Source: Candidatus Thorarchaeota archaeon (lineage in GTDB: Archaea; Asgardarchaeota; Thorarchaeia; Thorarchaeales; Thorarchaeaceae). From it: DNA of 21,355 nt. Positions 7,569 to 14,381 of this stretch are shown here, in pieces; within the stretch, counting starts at the first letter, position 1; every line of letters starts with the position of its first letter. The notes under the pieces are model-generated. The model worked only from the letters and a program-made list of their open reading frames with translations. It searched no databases and was not told where the DNA came from. Where the stretch lies: positions 1-21,355 of the forward strand of contig PRDI01000012.1 in assembly GCA_003345595.1 (NCBI GenBank), written 5' to 3'. A program made the translations under genes and the position numbers.

Positions 7569-8651
7569 GTGCCAGATCTTCTAGCTGACAAGAACAACCT
7601 AGTAATACTAGAGGAGTTGCTATCCGGGGATGCCGTAAGTGTAAACCTTAGCGAACTCTCTCGCGAACTGGGACATCACAGGCACACGATTATGGGCAGA
7701 GTCAAGGCCATAATTGACAATCGGATTCTAGATACTCCGTACGTTCCATTCGTCGGATTGGGCAAAGTCTATCCGCTGTTCGTGATTCTCTATCTCGAGG
7801 CTCCAGATGACGTCCGGTTCGAGAAGTGGATAAGAGAAGACCCATACATATTTGCAGCCTTCCGAACCAGACAGTCAGATTTCAACACCCTGCTCTTCGT
7901 ATACCATGAGAGCCTGACAAGCTATCTCCGCTGGAGGGAATCACTTCCGTCAGTCATGAAGACAGAGTACAATATCCCTGAGGAACTTACATCATTTCTT
8001 TCGAGTTCATTCTACCACTCAAACGAGCTGACAATCAAGCACGAACCGTCATCTGGATTAGCTCTAATGGTTGAAAAGGCTCGAATGAATGATACTAACA
8101 ATAACGGCGGGTTCATGCTCAATGATTTAGACTTCAAGATACTGAATAGCCTGTGTTCGGGAGTTGGTCTCAAGATCAATGAGGCTCATCTATGCAAGAA
8201 AACCGGCCTGCATCGAAAGACGGTTGAAAAGAGGATTGCCTCGCTGATGGACGAAGGGTACATCGCTCGCCCAGTTTGCAGTTTCCCGAGTTACTTCGTT
8301 CCTCCTGATTGCATGCTGACCCTCTCATTGGTCGAAGTGAAGAAACAATCGGAGAAGATCATACGCGATATTATGGCCGACCCGCATGTTCCTGTTGCTT
8401 TCAGGACAGTGCAGGGCCGGTATAATCTCCTTCTACTTGGCAATCACTACAGTATTGGCGACTATCTGAGTTGGGACGATGGCTACAGAGAAAGATTCCC
8501 TGGCGCCCTCGGAGGTGCCAACGTTACATATCTCACACCTCGCATGACTATCCTCTTCAGTCACAAGATAGTCGCTTTGATGTTCATTCGCAAGAGAATG
8601 GAGATATATAAGGGTAGGAAGCTTAGGGAGCTGCTAAAACCGGCTCGCTAG
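7569..8651 (+). CDS. Tandem (two-unit) Lrp/AsnC-family transcriptional regulator
   Basis: Two HTH+RAM-like units: ILEELLSG...LSRELGHHRHTIMGRV / ILNSLCSG...LCKKTGLHRKTVEKRI, and DPYIFAAFRTRQSDFNTLL / DPHVPVAFRTVQGRYNLLL. TATTAATTA at 7539-7547, about 25 bp before the GTG, suggests a leaderless transcript. Confidence 0.8.
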   Translation: MPDLLADKNNLVILEELLSGDAVSVNLSELSRELGHHRHTIMGRVKAIIDNRILDTPYVPFVGLGKVYPLFVILYLEAPDDVRFEKWIREDPYIFAAFRTRQSDFNTLLFVYHESLTSYLRWRESLPSVMKTEYNIPEELTSFLSSSFYHSNELTIKHEPSSGLALMVEKARMNDTNNNGGFMLNDLDFKILNSLCSGVGLKINEAHLCKKTGLHRKTVEKRIASLMDEGYIARPVCSFPSYFVPPDCMLTLSLVEVKKQSEKIIRDIMADPHVPVAFRTVQGRYNLLLLGNHYSIGDYLSWDDGYRERFPGALGGANVTYLTPRMTILFSHKIVALMFIRKRMEIYKGRKLRELLKPAR

Positions 8652-8661
8652 ATATACAGCA

Positions 8662-8687
8662 AGCCCGCTGTCTGTGAGGGGCGGGTT
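8662..8687 (+). terminator. Possible 3' hairpin after the regulator
   Basis: AGCCCGC (8662-8668) pairs with GCGGGTT (8681-8687), about 10 nt after the stop codon. Confidence 0.3.
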
Positions 8688-8855
8688 CCGGTTCTACCTG
8701 TTGGCAAGGCAGTAAGGGGAGCTGAGTTGAGTGATGTTGCAATGAAACCAAAATGAGCCACAGACTGTTCTGAATTCGTTGTGTTCCCGTTCCGTATTAC
8801 TGTGGCAATTCAGTACACAAGGTCTTGTCAGAGGCGACACATTGCGACCCTTGTC

Positions 8856-8870
8856 TGTCATATTATGGCA
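8856..8870. promoter_or_regulatory. Putative Lrp-type operator (15-bp semi-palindrome)
   Basis: TGTCA-TATTA-TGGCA with an AT-rich core, about 60 bp upstream of the TTTAATA box (8927-8933) of the + strand GDH. Confidence 0.35.
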
Positions 8871-8992
8871 TAACTTCACAAAAAGGGTGGCTCATTCTAT
8901 CCACAGTTGTCAGATGACCGTCAGTGTTTAATAGGCGGAGCATCAACGCGCGCATGCCTTTCCAGAGCATGTTCCAATGGAGGAACGCGAAG

Positions 8993-10261
8993 TTGGAAGA
9001 GGAAACACATCGTAGTACAACGAACAACCCATTCGAAATCGCTCAGCATCAGATAGACATCGTCGCGAAGCGTATGAAAATCGACCCTGGTATCATCGAG
9101 ATCATCAAACAGCCCAAGCGTGTCCTAGAGGTGTCAGTTCCAATAAGAATGGACAATGGTCAGCTCCGCGTGTTTCGCGGTTATAGAGTCCAGCACAACG
9201 ACGCGCGTGGCCCCTTCAAGGGAGGTATTCGCTATGGCCCTCAGGTGAATCTTGATGAGGTCAAGGCACTTGCCACTTGGATGTCTATGAAGACGGCAGT
9301 CGTGGACATACCATATGGTGGCGCTAAGGGTGGGATTATCTGTAATCCCAAAGAGATGAGCAGTGCCGAGCTCGAAAGGCTGACCCGTAGATTCACGTCA
9401 GAGATCAGCTCCATTATTGGCCCATTGAGGGACATTCCCGCACCTGACGTCAACACCAACCCTCAGACAATGGCGTGGATAATGGATACATATGGCGCAG
9501 TAGCAGGGATTGCCGAGCCCGGCGTTGTTACAGGCAAACCGATTGCACTTGGCGGGTCCTTGGGTCGGAACGAGGCAACATCGAGGGGTGTGGTCATATG
9601 TGCCAGAGAGGCGGCCAAGGTCACAAGTACAAAACTGGAGGGCTCCAGTGTTGCAGTGACAGGGTACGGAAATGTCGGCTACAACTCAGCCTGGCTGGCA
9701 GCAGATCTTCGCATGAGGCTCGTTGCTTGTAGTGACTCTCAAGGTGCGATCTACAATCCCGATGGACTCGATGCTCGAAAGGTTGGTGACTTCAAGGCAA
9801 GAACCGGGACTGTGAAAGGTTACCCCGGAGCCAGACAGATACCAATCGACAAGGTGGTTGAGCTCGATGTTGACTTCTTGTTTCCATGCGCTCTGGAGAA
9901 CGAGATAACCGCAGCCAACGCCGCTTCAGTCAGCGCGAAGATAATCGTGGAAGGGGCCAACGGTCCGACCACGCCTGAAGCCGACGACATTCTCTTCGAA
10001 TCTGGGACTTTTGTTGTTCCTGACATCCTTGCCAATGCTGGCGGTGTGACAGTCTCCTACTTCGAGTGGCTCCAGAACTTGAGGCGAGAGTACTGGACTG
10101 AGCAGGAAGTGAATGCCAAACTTGAGGCGCGTATTGTGAAAGCATTCCGCGAAGTCTATGAACTCTCCAAGAAGGAAACAGTCCATATGAGGACTGGGGC
10201 GTTCATGCTAGCTGTAGGCAGGATAGCGTCAGTCATGCAGCAGCGTGGTTTGTTTCCATAG
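8993..10261 (+). CDS. gdhA: Glutamate dehydrogenase, canonical hexameric type
   Basis: GYRVQHNDARGPFKGGIRY, MSMK, PYGGAKGG, DIPAPDVNT, TGKP..LGGSLGR.EAT, GYGNVG, SDSQG and NAGGVTVSYFEW. Start reassigned to in-frame TTG 8993 after GGAGG (8979-8983); the ORF track start 8924 overlaps the TATA box. Confidence 0.95.
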   Translation: MEEETHRSTTNNPFEIAQHQIDIVAKRMKIDPGIIEIIKQPKRVLEVSVPIRMDNGQLRVFRGYRVQHNDARGPFKGGIRYGPQVNLDEVKALATWMSMKTAVVDIPYGGAKGGIICNPKEMSSAELERLTRRFTSEISSIIGPLRDIPAPDVNTNPQTMAWIMDTYGAVAGIAEPGVVTGKPIALGGSLGRNEATSRGVVICAREAAKVTSTKLEGSSVAVTGYGNVGYNSAWLAADLRMRLVACSDSQGAIYNPDGLDARKVGDFKARTGTVKGYPGARQIPIDKVVELDVDFLFPCALENEITAANAASVSAKIIVEGANGPTTPEADDILFESGTFVVPDILANAGGVTVSYFEWLQNLRREYWTEQEVNAKLEARIVKAFREVYELSKKETVHMRTGAFMLAVGRIASVMQQRGLFP

Positions 10262-10270
10262 ACTCTCTTG

Positions 10271-10292
10271 GGACCATCCATCCGGATGGTCC
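10271..10292 (+). terminator. 9-bp hairpin just after the GDH stop, followed by a pyrimidine-rich tract
   Basis: GGACCATCC-ATCC-GGATGGTCC, then ACCACTCTTTCTT. Confidence 0.55.
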
Positions 10293-10493
10293 ACCACTCT
10301 TTCTTACGCTCTGGTTCTAGCTGGTTTGGGCCACTCATCTTGCTCGCAGGGAGCATGAAACAGCCTAGGTCACCGAGTCATTGGGTGGTGTCGCTGGGCG
10401 TCCAGATGTTGTTCACGCTGGTTTCTTGTGCAAAGCTAGCTAGAATCCTCTCATGGAGATTCTGTCACGGTCGAGCCACTGACACGTGATGGA

Positions 10494-11756
10494 CTACGGG
10501 AATATACCCCTCAATTCTATGGCCTTGGCTACTCGTCCTACTGCCAATGCGAGGGCCGCAATTCGGAGGTTTCTGATATTGAACTCCGTTGCTTTGTTGT
10601 TTACCTCGTTGAACGCTTTGACTAGGATATCGCGAAGTGCCTGATTGACCTGTTGATCACTCCAGAAGAAGTGCTGTAGTCCTTGAACCCACTCAAAGTA
10701 GGAGACTGTCACACCGCCAGCATTGGCAAGGATGTCTGGGACTACTGTCGTCCCCTTTTCTGACAGAATCGCGTCAGCTTCCGGAGTGGTCGGACCGTTC
10801 GCTCCTTCCACTATCAGTGGGGCCTTCACAGAATCAGCATTGCCCTTGTTGATGGCATCGCCCATGGCACAGGGGGCGATAACATCCACATCGAGTCCAA
10901 AGATCTCCTCGTTGGTCATAGTGTCTGCATCGGGAAAGCCTTCAACTGACCTCTTAGGATGTTTCGAGGAATACTCGATGAGCTTCGGGATGTCAAGCCC
11001 GTTCGGGCTGAAGACTCCGCCAAATGCGTCGGTGACAGCAACTACCTTGAAGCCCGCTTGGTGGGCGAACCGGCAGAAGTAGCTGCCTACATTGCCAAAA
11101 CCCTGTACCGCCACCCGAATACCTTTCGTACTTCGGCCTCTCTGTCTCAGAGCCTCCTCCATTACATAGAACAGCCCTCGCCCTGTCGCTTCGGTTCTGC
11201 CAATACTACCACCGATTTCCACTGGTTTTCCCGTCACAACGCCAAGCTCAGTGTGGCCGGTTATCATGGAGTATGTATCGAGTATCCACGACATAACCTC
11301 GGGGTTTGTGTTCACGTCAGGTGCGGGTATGTCGGACTCGGGGCCAATCATGTTGATCAAGCTGTAAGTGAATCTCCGTGTCATTCGCTTTAGCTCACCA
11401 GCACTCAGCTTCCATGGATCGCAAACAACTCCTCCTTTCGCGCCGCCAAAAGGAATGTTTACGACAGCGGTCTTCCATGTCATCAGAGCAGCCAGAGCTT
11501 TGACTTCATCAAGGCTTAGGTCCGGCGCGTATCGAATTCCGCCCTTGCATGGTCCTCGATGATGCGAGTGTTGCACTCTGTAACCTTCGAAGATCTCAAG
11601 ATGTCCATCGTCCATGATCACCGGGAAATATGTTATTAGCACCTTATCGGGCTTCTCGAGTATCTTGAGTATGTTTCCATCCAGCTTTATGGCCTCAGCA
11701 GCAGTGCGCAGCTGGGTCAGAACAGCCTCCCATGGATTGAACCCAGAGCTTGACAC
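10494..11756 (-). CDS. gdhA: Glutamate dehydrogenase, canonical type, second paralog
   Basis: GYRVQHSHHRGPCKGGIRY, MTWK, PFGGAKGG, DIPAPDVNT, GGSIGRTEAT, QGFGNVG, TDAFGG and NAGGVTVSYFEW. Start reassigned to in-frame GTG 11756 after GGAGG (11771-11767); TTAATAT box at 11807-11801. Confidence 0.95.
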   Translation of the reverse strand: MSSSGFNPWEAVLTQLRTAAEAIKLDGNILKILEKPDKVLITYFPVIMDDGHLEIFEGYRVQHSHHRGPCKGGIRYAPDLSLDEVKALAALMTWKTAVVNIPFGGAKGGVVCDPWKLSAGELKRMTRRFTYSLINMIGPESDIPAPDVNTNPEVMSWILDTYSMITGHTELGVVTGKPVEIGGSIGRTEATGRGLFYVMEEALRQRGRSTKGIRVAVQGFGNVGSYFCRFAHQAGFKVVAVTDAFGGVFSPNGLDIPKLIEYSSKHPKRSVEGFPDADTMTNEEIFGLDVDVIAPCAMGDAINKGNADSVKAPLIVEGANGPTTPEADAILSEKGTTVVPDILANAGGVTVSYFEWVQGLQHFFWSDQQVNQALRDILVKAFNEVNNKATEFNIRNLRIAALALAVGRVAKAIELRGIFP

Positions 11757-11942
11757 GGTTTCTCTTCCTCCGTTCTCTGGCAGGTCAGCCGCAGAAGAAG
11801 ATATTAACGGTTTGGTTAGTGACGCGCCCAGCTCTGTCCATTGAAGATGCGGACTTCCACGCAAGGACACAACAGCGAATCATGAGTTGGTCATCAGAAT
11901 CCCGATTCAGCCGATTCTATCGCCCGTCTGTGAGCTCCATCT

Positions 11943-12554
11943 CTACTTGCGAATTATCTCTAGGAGCTCCCCCAAACGATTCTTGATGTCAGTTTCAAGT
12001 GTTCTGAGCTCTGCTAGCTGCCGGATTTGGGCCACTCGAGCGCCACGATACTCCGCGTCCGATATCTTGTCTGCTCTACGACGGAGCTCAATCTTATCCA
12101 TCTCCGTCGTTATGTTCTTCCTTCTCTCCATAACAAGATCGAAGCCTTGCTTCAGTGCCATCCACTCGACCAAGGCATTACTCTTCTCTTGCTCAATGTG
12201 TTCCCTCTTGAGTTTCTCCTCCTCCATTTCCTTGAGCTTCTTGTTGGCAGCTCTTATCTCTCGCTGGATGTCGTAGAGTCTCGACTCGACTTCTCTTTTC
12301 ACTTCGATCATTTGTGTGGATGTGGTCCATCTCTCCCTGTACTGCTGTAGATGTTCCTGTTCTGTTATCTCGCCCTTCTTGAGCTTCTGGTCCAGCGCCG
12401 TCAGTTCAGTCTGCACCTGTAGGAGTCTTGCCTTAACCTCTTCATATGACTGACGGAGGGCCACCCACTCCACACTGTACTGAGCCAGCACCTCTTTTGG
12501 ATCGAGATAGAGGTAGTCTTCCCCACCTTGTCTAAACCCTGAACCGTGGCTCAT
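11943..12554 (-). CDS. Coiled-coil protein made of two helical-hairpin repeats (CdvA-like / steadiness-box-like turn)
   Basis: Ungapped internal repeat with a 101-aa period: VEWVALRQSY / VEWMALKQGF and KGEITEQEH / ADKISDAEY. Charged heptad-rich sequence. Confidence 0.75.
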   Translation of the reverse strand: MSHGSGFRQGGEDYLYLDPKEVLAQYSVEWVALRQSYEEVKARLLQVQTELTALDQKLKKGEITEQEHLQQYRERWTTSTQMIEVKREVESRLYDIQREIRAANKKLKEMEEEKLKREHIEQEKSNALVEWMALKQGFDLVMERRKNITTEMDKIELRRRADKISDAEYRGARVAQIRQLAELRTLETDIKNRLGELLEIIRK

Positions 12555-12739
12555 GGATAGCGTCCTTCTGTGATGTCTGCCGGCAAAGCTATGCCACCGT
12601 GATGTTCGTCAGACAGACTTAACGTTTTCTGACCGGCGGCCCAAATGTGCAGTGGCTCCCTGCGTTCCTGTTGTTGGCTCAACTCAACCAAAAGCCTAAA
12701 GGTCAGGTGCCCTCAGCCCGTCAAGCGTCGTGCGGGTAC

Positions 12740-13804
12740 ATGAAACTGAAAGTGGACTTAATACCCCTCAGGCAGAGGAAGCAGAAGCCGACCGACCCGC
12801 TCAAGCTGGAGTTTGGCACAACCTTCACCGACCACATGTTCACAATGAGTTATCGAGAAGGTATGTGGAATGACCCGAGAATAGGTCCCTTTCAGCCCTT
12901 GTCGCTGAATCCCGCCGCAATGTGCCTTCATTATGGACAGGGAGTGTTCGAGGGTATGAAGGCCTACCGAAGGAAGGGGAAGGTGTATCTCTTCAGACCT
13001 CGTGACAACATTCTAAGGCTCAACTCCTCTGCAAAGAGAATAGTCATGCCAGAGGTTGACATTGACTTCACTCTAGACTGCTTAAAGGATCTCATACGTA
13101 TTGAGCGCGACTGGATACCCGAAGTCTCCGGGACCTCACTCTATATCAGACCAACAATGATAGCGACTGAGCCAAAGCTCGGAGTCCGGGCTTCACTTGA
13201 GTATCTGTTCTATATCATTCTCAGTCCAGTAGGTCCCTATTTTAGAGAAGGGTTCAACCCCGTGAAACTGTTGGTATCAGAGAAGTACGTGAGGGCCGTA
13301 CGCGGCGGCATTGGTTTCTCTAAGACGGTAGGTAACTATGCCGCGAGTCTGTTGGCTGGAAAGGAGGCAGCGGACCAGGGCTATTCGCAAGTCCTATGGT
13401 TGGATGCACTTGATCGGCAATACATCGAAGAAACGAGCACAATGAATGTGTTCGTGAAGTTCAGAGATGAACTTGCTACGTCTCCACTAGATGGGACAAT
13501 ACTGCCCGGTATTACTAGGGACTCCGTTCTACGAATATCTCGTGACTGGGGGTTGAAGGTCAGCGAGCGACGTGTATCCATCCATGAGCTATTGAAAGGA
13601 ATTGAGGCCGGAACGGTGCAAGAGGTTTTCGGCGCAGGTACGGCGGCAATAATAGCACCTATCGGTGAGCTTTCATATCAGGGGACGGCGTACGTGATAA
13701 ATGGCGGGAAGACAGGCGACCTAACTCGAAGGCTGTACGATGAGATCCTTGGGATACAATGCGGAGAAAGGCAGGACAGTCACGGTTGGGTCTTGAGCGT
13801 CTGA
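12740..13804 (+). CDS. ilvE: Branched-chain amino acid aminotransferase (PLP fold IV, long subfamily IIIa type)
   Basis: FGTTFTDHM, LHYGQGVFEGMKAY, LFRP, LYIRP, PLP Lys in SKTVGNYA, ILPGITRDS and FGAGTAA. Start reassigned to ATG 12740 (MKLKVD). Confidence 0.95.
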   Translation: MKLKVDLIPLRQRKQKPTDPLKLEFGTTFTDHMFTMSYREGMWNDPRIGPFQPLSLNPAAMCLHYGQGVFEGMKAYRRKGKVYLFRPRDNILRLNSSAKRIVMPEVDIDFTLDCLKDLIRIERDWIPEVSGTSLYIRPTMIATEPKLGVRASLEYLFYIILSPVGPYFREGFNPVKLLVSEKYVRAVRGGIGFSKTVGNYAASLLAGKEAADQGYSQVLWLDALDRQYIEETSTMNVFVKFRDELATSPLDGTILPGITRDSVLRISRDWGLKVSERRVSIHELLKGIEAGTVQEVFGAGTAAIIAPIGELSYQGTAYVINGGKTGDLTRRLYDEILGIQCGERQDSHGWVLSV

Positions 13805-13882
13805 CGGACACGCACAGAGCAGGAAGCTTTTAGCGTGATTCTGTGTACGGGCACGCTAGATGAGGTGGATACTCTGCCTTCA

Positions 13883-14380
13883 ATGCTGATCGTTGACCAA
13901 ACGAAATGCACCGGTTGTAGAATATGTGAGCTCGCATGTTCTGCAAAGAAAGAAGGTGTCTTTCGGCCCAGTCTTGCCCGGCTCAAGGTAGTCCGATATG
14001 ACGACTTAGGTGTGGACATTCCCAATGTGTGCGGGCCTTGTGAGGAAGCACCATGTGTTGAAGTCTGTCCTGTCTATGCGATGCGGCGGGACCCCATTTC
14101 GAGGATGACCTTTCTTGATGAAGACAAATGCATCCTGTGCAAGTCCTGTGCAGGAGCTTGCGTCAACGGCGTCATCCGGCTTGACACCTCTCGTATGCGA
14201 ATCCTGAAGTGCGATCATTGTGGTGGCGACCCCGAGTGCGCAAAAGCATGCCCGACGGGTGCCATTCAGTATGCGACAGCCGCCCAAGCATCAGTTCTCA
14301 GTAGGCACGACAAGATCACAGGATACCTGAGAGAGATCAGACGAACTGCGCAGACGCAGGAGTCAGGCGGAGAGAGTTGA
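13883..14380 (+). CDS. 4x[4Fe-4S] electron-transfer subunit (DmsB/HycB-like) of the aldehyde oxidoreductase
   Basis: CTGCRICELAC, CGPCEEAPCVEVCP, CILCKSCAGAC and CDHC..DPECAKACP. Its stop is 1 bp before the AOR start. GAGGTG SD at 13862-13867; the start is ATG 13883 or possibly CTG 13874. Confidence 0.9.
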   Translation: MLIVDQTKCTGCRICELACSAKKEGVFRPSLARLKVVRYDDLGVDIPNVCGPCEEAPCVEVCPVYAMRRDPISRMTFLDEDKCILCKSCAGACVNGVIRLDTSRMRILKCDHCGGDPECAKACPTGAIQYATAAQASVLSRHDKITGYLREIRRTAQTQESGGES

Positions 14381-14381
14381 A

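Noticed and set aside
8924-8992. N-terminal extensions in the ORF track (also 2105-2188, 11757-11870, 12647-12739, 13835-13873, 17584-17625)
   Set aside because: Most overlap TATA or SD elements and none resembles the family; downstream starts fit better.
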